A stretch of 64,000 nt of DNA from Takakia lepidozioides (GCA_030704615.1 CM060733.1:36270001-36334000), one strand, 5' to 3'; positions 13,421 to 27,336 are shown, numbered from the stretch's first letter. Notes: generated by a model not told the origin, from the sequence alone. Made by a program: numbers and translations.

Positions 13421-15599
13421 TCACATGTGTTTATGTTTTTTTATGTAGGCTCTTCTAAATTTGTAGATAAATAATGTAGTAAACCTTCCCAAGGCCACGG
13501 TGCAACTCTGTAATGTGAGTTCAATGCCCCTGATCCAGGCCACACTTGGCCCGCTAGCTTTGAACAAGTAAGGTTGGATTGGCACTCCAAGTGCTAGTGA
13601 GTAAATGCTTTGGTGGGATAAGAATGCGGCATTATCCACTAAATCCACACAAAATGGGAGAAAGAGAGAGAGGGGTTTGGCCAAGTAATATGTATGCTGA
13701 TTTATTAAGAAGAGCTAGCAACCTTAAGAAAATGTCTTGGGTCATTTGTATGATTGCTTATCATCGTGTCCTCCTTCCCCCAACACAGCAAGTGCTTTTT
13801 CTTTGAGAAATACCACCCCATGGCATCCCCGCTCCCCTCCTCTTCTGAGAGCTCCATAGTTTCATTGTCTTTTGTTTCCACCTCAATAAGCTTGTCATCA
13901 TCTATGTTTCCCAGCATTGGTACATCTGCACCCACCTCTTGCACTTACATGCCAATTCAACATTCTGCAATTCAACTTTTTATACTGGATCTGAGGGATT
14001 CCAACAAAGAAAGTTGGCCCTTTCAGCTCTCTATGGTGAAAGAAGGGTGAGGAAAGAAAAAACAAATTTCCACAAGGCCAAGGGGTAATCAACTTGGGGG
14101 CAGCATTTCTCTTATATAATACATTGTGGTGTGAGTGGCATCCATGAGAACCTAAGTTGAGCATGTATGATGAGGGTACCATGAAGACCAAATGCATGTT
14201 GAATGAGTGTTGGGCGAATGAATCCAAAGCATAGTAGCAATTGAAAAATGACATGAAGTATCAAGAGTTAAACACAAGATCATTTGCAATTGAGGCACTC
14301 GCTATACCACCAAGCCAAGAAGAATCAATACAAAAATGTACATAAAGTATATACTTACTAGGGCTTCGCGTTGCTCCGCACTACTAGCGACTAATCCTGA
14401 GAAGTATGTTCAATTTGCACAAAAAGGGGTGGGTCATCCCCATGGTGTTGAATCTGTTTATTGTTCAAAGGTAGGCTCCCCACCCTTAGTTTACAGCCCA
14501 CTGCCAACTGTACATTGGCCCTTCAGATCATCCTTTTAAGGTCTTCATGCTCAACTTCATTTTTTGCCCTTCCCGTTGCTCCGCACTACTAGCGACGAAT
14601 TCTGAGAACTACGTTCAATTTGCACAAAAAGGGGGTGGGTCATCTGGTGTTACATACATACATCCCGGATTTCATTGTTTTTCGCAAGAAAAATGGCAAA
14701 CATTTCACTGCCAAATGTATAAACTGTCTCCCTGAAGTCTATCACACACTTGCTTCCCTTGTTTGAGGAGAGCCACTCAAGAATGCTGTACAGTAAATGA
14801 AGTTTTCCAGAAATCTCATGAAGTTCTTTGGAGCAAGTCTGCCACCAGGCTCATTCATGGGCCTTGAACAACGAGTGAAAATTATTGTCATATGCAAAGG
14901 TTAGTGGGATCCATTTGAACCCTGATAAGCAGAGAAGGGTTAACTGGATATGTACTTTTATATTATACCAATATAATCCACTTATTTTATTTTACTCCAC
15001 AAAATATTTTATACTAAATACACTAAAGAGTTATATTACTAATTCTTAGCCAGTCCATATCAGTGAGGCCTTGTGATGGCATGGCACTGACTTCATCATT
15101 TGCCTCCATGACTGGCCGGTCGTCCAAACTTTTGCAGGATTATTATGGATGAAAGTAGATTTCACACTTTGCAATTCTAGCCATCAGTTGTGATACATGT
15201 CATTATACTAATTCATCGCCCATTAAAAACAGTTTAGATTAACTTCAAAATATTATATAGATATGTGAATTTATTTTATTTTATTTTCCACAGAGCGAAA
15301 AGGTTTGTTAAAAAAGAGGGGAAAAAGTTAAATCATTGAGGCGGTTACACACTGAAAACCAACGGAGGGCCTAGCCACCTCAAGCTACAAACCCAAAGGT
15401 CAGGGAAGACCAAAGGCTAAGAACCAGCAAAAGCTGCCGAGAGATCAACAACCAACCACACATCACATAGAGATAGAAACGTGAAGACATTTAGGTCGAA
15501 CATTGAACAGAGAAGCAGCAAAGTAGATCCTAAAACAGTACGCGGGACTGGGAGGAGGCAGGGAGATGTTTCCCGTTAATGTCTCTGGCGCTGGATAAG

Positions 15600-15860
15600 C
15601 GATGACGATCCATGAGATCACATCCTGTTGAGCCACATTACAAAACACTCGAGGCATTCTTCATGCTACCACATTTGGCATATAACATGTCAATAAGGGC
15701 AGTCCCCAGAATGATATCTGCAACTCCAGTTTCATTCATGGCAGCATGGACATCTTTACCTGTTTTGCTCATAGATCTGAAGAGCCTCTCTGCCACAACC
15801 ATGCTGAGCATATCCTGCAATCATGGTGTTCGACCATGCCACCACATCTTGTTGAGTCAT
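15600..15860 (-). pseudogene. PLS-class PPR fragment
   Basis: GKDVHAAMNETGVADIILGTALIDMLYAKCGSMKNA, with frameshifts. Confidence 0.75.
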
Positions 15861-15944
15861 TTTGTCAAAGCAGAAGCATAGGATGCGCATAGGATAAGCG
15901 GATCAAGCTCGCAAATTTCTGAAGGGGAAGTTGACAATCAAGTT

Positions 15945-16740
15945 TGTGAAGCCAAGATTGTCCGTCTATCCAGCTAAGCTGCAAATACTGTTGAGCCTCT
16001 GCGTCGCTTAGTTTGTGGGACCATGGCACACGCTGAGCCTGATTCGATCCTGGCCCTGTACAGTCAACCAAAACTCGCCATGCACCAGAGGGTTTTCCCA
16101 AATGGACTGTATATCACTACTTCTGATGTCCATCGTAAGCAAGATGGCTGGAGTAAAGACTACGTACCACTCTCTTTGGGAGTTACCCCAATCTTGCCAT
16201 CCGGCAGGAATGATGATGTCGTCCATGTAAGTATAATGTAGATTGTTCGCGAATATGGCCCCCAGGCGCACACTAAACCTGTGCCAGTGATCACACAATT
16301 GATAAACACAAACCTTGTGTTCTCATACGGGATTGACTGCTTCTGTGCCGTAAGAGATCCTGAACTGCTGGCATGCAACTCACAGTTCTGCGCAACAGAC
16401 AGCCCATCTGGATTAGCTTTTCAAACTACTGGGGTTCCGAAACTAGGTCAGATTAAGGTAGGTCTGTGGAGATTACGGAGGCCTTCAAACCAACCACTTA
16501 TGAATGATTATTCCTCAAGAAAAGCCCCAGTAAGAGAGCTCCATGCAGAATACTTCGAAAGACCTCTCATTTGAGAGCTGCTAGTCAAAATGGTTGGCTG
16601 CAAGCCTACTTTTTACAATCTTGCTCAAGCTTCGTTGTTTCAGCATTCGAGAGATAGAGATACTGGCTTACTTGGAACACTGACTGCGTATCTCCAAAAA
16701 TGAAGTCAATAGAGTCACAAGGCAGGCAGTTGAAATAACT
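15945..16740 (-). pseudogene. Pectin methylesterase C-terminal fragment (3 exons, frameshifted)
   Basis: SIDFIFGDTQSVFQ|gt; NCELH..GSLTAQ...FVFINCVITGTG..AWGPYSR; YMDDIIIPAGWQDWG; CTGPGSNQAQRVPWSHKLSDAEAQQYLQLSWIDGQSWL. Confidence 0.85.
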
Positions 16741-17174
16741 CATTCACGAACCTTACAGTGTGAGATAACATGCAAATCTAACCAAATATCACATGTACTA
16801 GAAAATCACATTCTGCCCCAAGAATCCCACTGGAAGGTGCATGAAGAAGTCTCGGAGCTAGAGGCTAACGTCAGCAAATATGCTCCGGTGGCATTCAACG
16901 ACAGAAATCCTTCCATAGGGAATCATAGGTAATCTGGAGCTTGAAAATCTTGAGGCTGAGCCTGAAGCCTGGCCCACTACAGTATCCTAGGCATAATTTC
17001 TAGGTCTAACAGTGAGGAATCCTGTGAAGAATGGAAGGACACAGTTGGAAAAACTGTTCCTATAATTCAAGACAGCCCTGCTGAATTGGAGTATATTTCA
17101 AAGGCTTACAACGCTCCCATTAGTTCTTCGGAGAGATATGAGATCCATGACATAATCACATCAATGAATAGCCT

Positions 17175-17490
17175 CTACCTTGTGGCACCCCAGAAAGTTA
17201 AGCACTTACTTGGCACACAAACGTTATGTGGTCGGCCTTCCCCCATCATTTGCTCATAGGTCTCCAAAGCCTCCATCCCGCGACCCTGCTGTGCATACCC
17301 TGCAAGCATCGCGTTCCATGACACTTCAGCCATAGTGTTGAACACTCCCTTTGCATCCTCGATGCACCCACATTTGGCATACATGTCCACCAGGGCAGTG
17401 TTCAGAATGACATCTGGTAATCTGACAGGCGTTCACCTTTTTGCCTCAGTTGTCCCACCATTGATTGGGGTCAGAAAAGTATTTCATTCC
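17175..17490 (-). pseudogene. OSB-PDF/PPR chimeric fragment, a copy of the ~3073-3385 junction
   Basis: Same junction gacatctggtaatctgac.ggc.ttcacctttttgc as at ~3304; DMYAKCGCIEDAKGVF. Confidence 0.8.
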
Positions 17491-17531
17491 AAAGGTTCTA
17501 TTTTTGAGAGTGGCAATGCCTATTATATTAA

Positions 17532-17909
17532 TCGTTAAAAGCAGGTGTGGCGGATTCTGCCACTTTTTCGGCCTAATTCTCAGGCCGAATGGGCAGGGAT
17601 GGCCGATTATGCACAGAGGACGGCAGACCTACCACCGGGAGAGGATATAAAGGGGGCGAGCCTCAGTTGAAGGCCGGTGGGTTGATGGCTGATGACATGG
17701 GCCTGGGGCTCTGCAATCAATATGGGATAATCGAACCTCAATCATATTGCACCACGTAGCGGCGAGAATCCGCCACACCTGCTTTTAGCGCCAGTGAACG
17801 GGTCACGTTGGCCGACTCTGCCCTGTGCGCGGCCATAGGACTCGCCCTGACGGGCTCGCCCAAAGGCCGCTTACAGGGCAGAATCGGCCAAACACGGCCC
17901 GTTCTCTAG
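17532..17909 (+). mobile_element. 378-bp non-autonomous Helitron
   Basis: Termini A|TC...CTAG|T with no TSD and a 3' hairpin. The empty site tattatattaa|tcactgaagatg is seen in the inverted paralog at ~748-770. Confidence 0.85.
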
Positions 17910-19009
17910 TACATTGAAGATGACAAAGGCTGAAATATCAGAATTAGTAGAGACTCTTTCAGAATTGATTTGTTCATGCAGGCCAGCCTGCACACAGTAT
18001 CCACAATATGGGTCGGAACATATCTAGGACGTTGTCTGATTGCCCATGAAGCAGAGAATGAGCCCCGGTGGCATGGTTGCAATGAAAACTCTTGAGATCT
18101 CTAATGTTGACACAATATTCCTATGAAGTATGATTTATGATTCGCTAGTGCATGTAAAGCTAAGAGGGGTAGGTTAGTATATATTTCCTAGAAAACAGAC
18201 GTAGCCCAAACGTTATCATTGAAAACTGGCCTATGATTGAGATTGGGGGTTACAGCGGAGTGCTGCACAGGTCAGTACACATCCCCAGGAAACAATAAAA
18301 ACTCATTTTGTAGAAAGACCATGCAACAATCATTTACATTTTCAAGCAAGAAGTTCAATATGCATATTCACAGGGTAAAGGTCGAAGAGGGAAAGAGAAA
18401 CATATGATCAGGTTTAGAGGTAATTGGCTGCCATCATTAAGTTCCTGCATAATTTTAATTTTAGGTTCAATATCTTACCACTGCAATGCCAGCAAAGTGC
18501 AAAGTCAACTCCAGACCTAAATTGGAAAGTATGAACAAAAGAGCACATGTAAGGAGTGTCACCATATTTGGACTATCAACATCTTGAAGAGACATAACTA
18601 GCAGCTAGACCTCTTCACTAATTTCATCAGCTATTAGGACCAACAAAAGTACTGACAAACTTTCTGAAGAATGGGTGTATTGATCTCTGGAAATCTTACT
18701 TCACCTAACTCCGTCTCCGTAAAACTTCCTGTCACAATTACATGAGGTTCTTGTGGAGAGTTTCCTTCTGGAGAGTATCCTTCTGAGCCGGTTTGCTTTC
18801 AAGCAAATCTTTTTCCTCACTCTCCATCTTGATACTCTCCATTGGCTTACATAAGCTCTAGTTCGGACCCCAACTTACCAAGACAAACCCTCAATCTCCT
18901 GTTAACTTAAAGAGGAGTGACCATGGGAACTCCCATTATACTGGGAAGCTGTAGAGGATACATGATAGATTTTGCATGGTTGAACAAACAGGCAAGACAC
19001 AGACAAATG

Positions 19010-20460
19010 ACAGCATAGATTTCCTTAATTTTGGGATGCAACTTGTCATCTACAACGAAGGTGTGCACCCTGTTGCCAACCTCAATGCAGAAGCAACCTG
19101 GCTCCTTTTCTAAACCCTCTAACCTTCATCATTTTCTCACCTTTGCAGTATCATCCCACCTACCAGCTGCAGCATAGATGTTTGATAACAACACATAAGT
19201 CGCGACATCCTGTTCATCCAACTTGAGGATAGATGTTGTCGCACGTTCAGCCATCTCCACATTGCCATGGATTCTGCAGGCACCAAGCAAGGCCTTCCAC
19301 ACCACAACATCTGGATTGATTGGCATTTTATTAATCGGGTCCACTGCCTCATCCAATTGTCCCGCACGTCCAAGAAGGTCCACCATGCAGCCAAAGTGCT
19401 TTACTATCGGAGTAACACCATGATCTTGACTCAGGGAATCGAAGTAGCGTCTTCCTTCATTCAGTAGGCCAGTGTGGTTGCATGAAGAGAGAACACATAT
19501 AAAGGTGATATTGTCCGGCTTCAAGCCGTTCTTTTACATTCCTTCAAATAGTTGCAGGACCTCCCTATGACAACCATGCTGGGCATATCCTGCGATCATC
19601 GCATTCCACGACACCACATTTCGTTCAGTCACATTGTCAAATACTCCCTTTGCATCCTCAATGCATCCACATTTCGCATACATGTCCACCAAGGCAATGT
19701 CTAGAATGACATTTGGTACAATGCCAGCTTTGAGGATGTCACCATGCACCTCTTTGCCCTTTTCCAGGGCTGCCAGGCTTGCACAAGCATTGCAAACTCA
19801 CACAACTGTGATGTTGTTGCGCTTCACCCCTTCCCCCATCATTTCTCATAGGCCTCCAAGTCCTCCTGCCCACGCCCCTGCTATGCATATCCTGCAAGCA
19901 TGGCGTTCCATGACACCAAATCTCGTTCAGCCATATTGTTGAACACTCCCTCCGCATCCTCAATGCTCCCACATTTGGCATACATGTCCACGAGGGTATC
20001 GTCCATAATCACATTTGGTACAATTCCAGCTTTGGCGATGCAACCATGCACCTCTTTGCTCTTTTCCAGGGCTGCTAGGCTTGCACACACACTGCAAACA
20101 CACACAAACGTGATGTGCTCGGGCTTCACCCCTTCCCCCATCATTTGCTCATAGGTCTCCAAAGCCTCCATCCCACGCCCCTGCTGTGCATACCCTGCAA
20201 GCATCGCGTTCCACAACATCACATCTTGTTCAGCCATAGTGTTGAAAACTCCCTTCGCATCCTTAATGCACCCACATTTCGCATACATGTCCACCAGGGC
20301 AGTGTTCAAGATGACATCTGGTACAAATCCAGCTTTGACAATGTCACCATGGACCTCTTTCCCCTTTTCCAGAGCTCCCAGGCTTGCACACGCATTGCAA
20401 ATGCAAACAAACGTTATGCGGTGGGGCTTCACCTCTTCGCACATCAATATCTCATAGAAC
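19010..20460 (-). pseudogene. PLS-class PPR gene with E/E+ domain, disrupted
   Basis: Several P-L-S triplets across shifted frames. The E domain (HFGCMVDLLGRAG, VVWKALLGACRIHGN, YVLLSNIYAAAGRW) is followed by TGA TGA and then KEPGCFCIEVGNRVHTFVVDD. No DYW domain is seen. Confidence 0.9.
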
Positions 20461-21470
20461 ATCCTCTCAATCTGAGAAAATACCATGCAAAGTGAGGTCC
20501 GCAACAAAAAATACTGGTGAAATCTCCATTCAAAGATTCTCCAATTCGGTTCGTAGATCGACAGGATCCGAGTCATCAAATGCAAGGATTGCTGGCATGG
20601 ATGGGATACATTCAGAAACATCATTCAAAAGACAAAGACAAGCATGTTGTTGTAGAGGCAATGGCTCTGGATCCTGGAAACGACAGCGCTAGGCTTCTTA
20701 CAGCTATGCACGACGTGAACAAGTAAGTCATCCTAGAGACTCCACTGCCTCTCCAATGTCTTGTTGATCCCACCAAATAATGATTTTTTCCAATGCATTG
20801 TTTCCAATCTTTTTGCAGATCGACAGAGAAATCGCATGTGACAACAAGCTTGGTCCACACACTGTTCCGAATTTAGAGGATTGGTCTGATGAAGCTGGAT
20901 GATTTTCGCACAGTACTCCACCCGGATAATCAAGAAGTGCGAAACAGGAAGAGCTGCAGGCACTTGGTATTCTTTGACTCGAGAGGCATTTCTGGAGTAC
21001 ATGTATGCGGTAAGGCCGAGCCTGTACTCACTTGCCACTCTGGGGGTGGTGTATATACATATATACATATAAATATAAAAATACATATATATATATATAT
21101 ATACAATATATAAATTAACCCATGGGAGGAGGCGGGGAGGAGCTGCGAGACGACTCCCAACGGTCGTCTCGACCTTTCCGAAGCTTGTTTCTGACCCTGC
21201 TCAACCCCGTAGCCACTGCAGATCACTCTAGGCATCCCCACCCCATGCGCAGATCTCATTTGATATACTTTTTAAGTTTTTCCATAGTTTTTTCAAGATT
21301 AGTTCCTTCAGTTGTTCATCCTTTCAACCCTCGTCCTTTCATCGCTCGCATAGTTACACGCATCATCCCTAATCGGACAGCGTCGTCTCTAACTTAAGGG
21401 ATGCATAGTACTAAACAAGGTAGAGCACAATCTTGAAGTAGGCCCTTCTTTTTGCCCTACATCACATCAG

Positions 21471-22020
21471 GTGTTCGACTCTATGGCTCAACGGAATGTA
21501 GTCTCATGGAGTGCTATGATTGCAGGATATGCTCAGCAGCAATGTGGCAGGGAGGCTTTTGAGATGTATGAGCAAATGCAACCTCACAGGCTCACATTCA
21601 TTTTTGTTCTTAATGCGTGTGCTAGGCTAGGAGTCTTGGACAAGGTCTCATGGAATGCCATGATCATAGGATATGCTCAGCATGGATGTGATGGTGGTAG
21701 GGATGCTTTCAAAATGTATGAGCAAATGTCTGACAATGTCACGTTCATTTGCATCCTAAATATGCGCGCAGCCCTAGGAACCTTGCAAAACAGTAAAGAG
21801 GTCCAAGCTGATATAATCAAAGCTGGTATTGCCCCATATATCAATTTGGAGAATGCCCTTATTCACATGTATGCCAAATCTGGAAGCATGAAGGAAGCGT
21901 GACAATTTTCAACAATGGAGCACTATTATCACAAGATATGCACAACATGGTTGTTCTATGGAGGCTTTTGAAATGTATGAGCAGATGCTACACAATGGGT
22001 TGACTCCTGACAGGGTCAAA
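21471..22020 (+). pseudogene. PLS-class PPR fragment with internal deletions
   Basis: VFDSMAQRNVVSWSAMIAGYAQ, TFICILN and NALIHMYAKSGSMKEA. Confidence 0.8.
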
Positions 22021-23649
22021 TTATAGATCTAACAAACCATGGGCTGTTTAAACTTGTCCAGCAGTGGTTATAATGGGTAGAAAATGGCATGGCACTGGCC
22101 ACTGGGCTACATTGTTCCTATTATTTTTGGAATGAAAAATACAACAACATTCATAATATGGAGACCTGATACGATAATATGAAAAATAATGAAATACGGG
22201 ATGTAAATATGTAAGACCCTGGGGATGACAATCCTTTTTTCTGAAACTTGAACATAGTTCTCAAAACTCGTCGCTTGTAGTGCGGAGCAACGCAAAGCCT
22301 TAGTTGTTTAAGTGTGATATGAGTACCTCGACTGGCATGAGATGGAGGATTAAAAATATAATAATATTACATTTTACTGCTTTAATATAAATTATGTTGA
22401 TATTGCATGTTATCATATAGTATTCATATAATCATCTGCACAATGTGTCTACAGCTCCCAGTTAGACCAAGGTCTTTCAAAAAAGAGATATATGCGGGTA
22501 GCTATGCATGCTGCAATTGGAGTGTGTTTGATTGTACTTTCGTGGATTCGACCAATGTTGAACATCCGCATACCGATCAATGTGGAGAAACCGGATTTGA
22601 AGTCTATAACGCGGTTGGAGTTATCGAGTATGACACTTATCAACGGGGGCATACTATGCTACAATGGTAACAATCCTCCGGTTTCATGTTGGGTAGGACC
22701 ATGCCAAGGTCCAAACATCAATTGGGACGGAAGCATAGGCCCTCCTTCTAATATTTGCCCTAACGACATTGCTTAAAATGTGACAAGATTGTTTCAGTTG
22801 ACATTCATCTATATTATGAAGGAAAACTAGTACACAGATAATGTGTATGATATTAAAGAAGTTGCATATTGGATATACGTTGATATTTTTAGAGTTTTTA
22901 GAGAATGTTTTATATGGCTAAGGATGCAAGTAAGAGACCTAAAATTAATAGAATAAATTTTTAAACATATTATGAAATATGAGTCCATTACACAAGAAAG
23001 TATAACCATTTAGCCGACAAGATATCCACCATGATACACCCACACTAAAGCCATTGGAGGATGGCGGTGCCTGTGAAAACATTAAGGCTGCAAGATAACA
23101 TGTTTTACATGAAGGTACAGTGCATAGCCCACATTCTTGTGCATTTGTTGGTAAAGATCTGTTTTGACTCACATTCAGTGATATAGTGATGCACATACAT
23201 ATATTGGAACCCGAGCCCTGGCCAAAAGGTAGTAGCTTCCCATTAGCTTCGAAGAAGCACATATTCTCCACTACTGCAATGCACGGATCATGGGCACAAA
23301 AACATCACTTATATGCGGGATGGATTCTTACTTCTGCAAATGTTTCTGTCCTTTTGTGTAATTAGCACATTCTATCTCTTCATACGCTATCATTTGGCCT
23401 TCATTTCTGTTATATCCATGGGGTTGACAGCCAAGCCGCTATAGCAGGAAACATCTAGTTGTTTGCAACATGGCTGAGCACCTTAAGGATGATTTGAAGG
23501 GCCTAGCTACAGTCAGCACTAGACTGAAATGATCTAAACGGAGGGCGGGAGTCTATCTTAGAACAATAAACAGATGCAGACAAGAAAAGGACATTGTCAA
23601 TGCCGGCTAGCAATATTCATTTTTTGACCCTGCTTGCCATGACCCATTT

Positions 23650-24310
23650 GGGAGCTAGAGGCTAACGTCAGTAAATATGTTGTGGTGGCATTCAACGACA
23701 GAAATCCTTCCACGATGAATCATAGGTAATGTGGAGCTTGAAATCTGGCCCTCTTGGATGAATCTGGACCCACACTCTATCCCTGCTCCTTCAGCTATCC
23801 ATGCCTCTGCACAAATCATGCATACATCCTTGCCTTCCTGCTAGCAGCTGACAAAGACAGCCTAGAATTGTTCCAGCAAACACCCTAACCCTACTTATCA
23901 CACTAGTTCCTATGCTGACTTGCGTCTGCTTCCAACAGACATTCACCTTTTTGCCTTTATTGTTCCACCATTGACTGGGGTCGGGAACGTATTCATTCCA
24001 GATGGCAGAGCTTCTCCTTATTTTTGTTATCTGTTTTGTGATATTTTTTTGTTGTCACATTGGCAGTAACATATCAAAATCACTCCAAAACCACCATAGA
24101 TCCACCAATGAGCTAACTTGCAAAATTCAACATGAAAATTTAGGGACGACTCTGATAACAGGGAAAAACGGGCTGAAATGTGTTGAAGAAGACCCCTTCA
24201 TTAGCAGTGCCTTGTTCTATCAATTGTGCTATTGTCGTTGCTGTTTCCAGTTGACCATCCACCCACGTAGATTTCTTGTAGCTATTGATCCACAGGGAAT
24301 CAGAAGTAAT
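23650..24310 (-). pseudogene. OSB-like PDF-motif fragments (paralog of 3326-4330 and 16860-16950)
   Basis: Nucleotide similarity to 3680-3950 and 3400-3670 (ctggccctcttggatgaat, ccaccattgactggggtc). Confidence 0.7.
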
Positions 24311-26121
24311 CTTACGTTGACGCCCAGAAAGTTGTCCTTAGTGCAAGAGTTTTTTGCCAATCAAAATGTTGGCAACACTCTAGCTTACAACATGGCTTAC
24401 TACTCACTTGTCAACATTGACGCATTGACTCGAACTATAACATCAATCATGTTATAAACATAATGATATGATAATCTATAGATGCGTGTTGAAAGGTAAT
24501 TTATAGATGTATGTTAGATGTAATTCATTACAACCGCTTGTTGACCTATGACCTCATATATAGAGCTATATGAGGACTTTTGTGTGGGGCAGAATGGGAC
24601 AACCGCATTGCATTGATTGTGACAGCTAGAAGATGTTCACTTTGAAAAGTTAGCTTTAATCTAAATGAAACAATACAGTAATTTATGCTTGTCTTACCAA
24701 ATTTTTGTTTTCAGACGTTGCTCGCCTATTATATTAATTATGACATCAAAATTTCAGAGGTTGTGACATGTATTTAGGCATGGTTAATTCAGATAGTATT
24801 TATCCACTTATAGTTAAGAATATTTACACTTATTTGTATTTTGGGGTGTTAAATTGGACTTCATTTGGTCCCATGTGTCATCTCAGCGTTGAGTCTTACT
24901 TGCGACATGGGCAACCTTAAATCTCCATGCAGTGGGTGGAGGAGACTCATCTTCTTCTAGTTGAGCTTCCATAGCACAAGCTCTCAAAGAGAGCTGTGTG
25001 GTGAGGATTAATAACTGATCGATTCCTCTAATATGGTGCCATCGGCTTAACTTAGTTTATACGATAGAGTAGTTGATTTGTAGTTGTAAGGGCTAAGTAC
25101 CCGACCTAAGAGAAGCAAGCTTGAGTACATATGAGAGTTTGTGTCGCGCACCTCACTTCGGTAAGCTCCCCTTCAAGTCATAGTTACTCGCTTTGATGCG
25201 CGCGCCTAACTCCCAACCTGACCGCCGGGCCAACTCGGAGCTTCGGCTGCTCACCGGGACATAGTAACACCCTAACCCTACTTATCACACTAGTTCCTAT
25301 TTTTCCCCCAACAGACCCTCCACCAATTTGGGCCTAGTGGAAATTCCCTTTGGTAGATGGCAGTCCAGAATAGCTCCCCACTCCTTGGTCGCTTTCCGGC
25401 TCGTTCGCTTACTCACTAGTTTCTGGTCACCAACGGGCTTGCACCGTTCTCGGGGTTACTACTCCTTATATATACTTCAGTGACTGTCCACGGGGGTTTC
25501 ACAAACAACCATGCCATTTTATGGCGAACCACCACAAAGACCCTCGATTCCCGGTGATGAGTCGCGGTGAGTCTTGACCCACCTACCACGGCCCCATTGG
25601 ACTGTGGTGAGTCCCAAGACTCCCCACGACTCCCACCACAAGGTCTCCGCCCCATGGTGAGTCTTATGCCACCCCCACCAAGTCCCACTAAGCTACCACC
25701 ACCCCTTGTGGAGCCACCCCCACCGCAACCCGGTGTGCGGGGCTCCACCTAGTGAGTGCCTCCGCCTCCTTGAGTGCCTTGGGCACTCAAGGGTGCTTCA
25801 GCCCCCCGTACCTATTGCTGCCACCGCCCCCACCACAGGGGCAGCCCCTCTGCGTCCCGATCCCCTGCCCTCAAGGCAAAGGGCCGTGACACACACCCCT
25901 ACCAACAGGGAGTCGATGTCCTCATCGACTTGTCCATTTTGTAGAAACGAACATCCAAGTTGTGGCGTCTCACATCAATGAGTTTGTTTCCGCACCATGG
26001 CGTCCCATGGCAAAGAACCAAACCCCACACTTGACTCTACTCTCCACTAGCTCGTTCGGCCGACTTTCTCCAAGTCCCGGCCAAGGGTGGAGCCTCTCAA
26101 GCTCCTCTCAATGCACTCTTC

Positions 26122-27336
26122 TTGGCGCACCTGACATTGTTATTTTCACGACAGATCGCGGTGGGCTCATCTTTCTCGAGTTGAGCCTCACTGCGTCTAG
26201 CTATGGCGCCGTAGTGTGGATTTCCCATGGCGTGGGGTACACTTGGCTCGACTTAATATATGAGTGATGTTTTCATGTGCAAGTATATGAGTTTGAGAGA
26301 GTCTGTGTGCTTATATCATTCATTTTCCTTATCATTGTGATGGGCTAGTGGCAGCCTAGTGATGGACTAGTGGCTGCACTAGTGGTGGCTAGTGGCAGCC
26401 TAGTGGTGGACTAGTGGCTGCACTAGTGGTGGCTAGTGGCAGCCTAGTGGTTGGACTAGTGGTGGCTAGTGGCAGCCTAGTGGTTGGACTAGTGGTGGCT
26501 AGTGGCTGCCTAGTGTTGGACTAGTGGCTGCACTAGTGGTGGCTAATGGCAGCCTAGTGGTGGACTAGTGGTTGCACTAGTGGCAAGACTAGTGGTGCAC
26601 TAGTGGTGGATTAGTTATAGACTAGTGTTTGGTGTGCACATGTGTTGTGTGGTTTTGGACAGCGATGTAGTTGTGTAGCGATATGTATGCGCACGACAGC
26701 TGTCAAGTTATTTTACCACTAGTGTGAAGTTAGCTAGGAAATAACTAGTTCTTATATATTGACATTTGGGATTGACCCAAATGTCAATCCAGGGACTAAT
26801 ACATGTTTGGGCACCTGACGTTGTTATCTTCACGACAGATCGTGGTGGGCTCATCTTTCTCGAGTTGAGCCTCACCGCGTCTAGCTATGGCGCCGTAGTA
26901 TGGATTCCCCATGGCGTGGGGTGCACTTGGCTCGACTTAATATATGAGTGATGTTTTCATGTGCAAGTATGTGAGTTTGAGAGAGCTTGTGTGCTTGTAT
27001 CATTCATTTTCCTTATCATTGTGATGGGTGGCAGCCTAGTGATGGACTAGTGGCTGCACTAGTGGTGGCTAGTGGCAGCCTAGTGGTTGGACTAGTGGCT
27101 GCACTAGTAGTGGCTAGTGGCAGCCTAGTGTTGGACTAGTGGTTGCACTAGTGGTGGCTAGTGGCAGCCTAGTGTTGGACTAGTGGCTGCATTAGTGGTG
27201 GACTAGTGGTTACACTAGTGGCAGGACTAGCGGTGCACTAGTGGTGGACTAGTTATAGACTAGTGTTTGGTGTGCACATGTGTTGTGTGGTTTTGGACAT
27301 CGATGTAGTTGTGTAGCGATATGTATGCGCACGACA
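26122..27336 (+). mobile_element. Terminal repeats of a second split-repeat retroelement: partial A (~26122-26334) -t- B (26336-26698) -gc- A (26701-27018) -t- B (27020-27336)
   Basis: Same TGTCAAG start of A, GACA|GC|TGTC junction, ggctcatctttctcgagttgagcc hairpin, CTAG-rich B and terminal CGACA as the 49872-57231 element. Confidence 0.9.

Noticed and set aside
21050-21112. AT microsatellite, and poly-C/GA runs at ~31715-31792
   Set aside because: Ordinary simple repeats.
24760-25260. Distant relative of repeat A (ctcatcttcttctagttgagc at ~24945)
   Set aside because: Only a short motif matches, with no TGTCAAG start or clear PBS.
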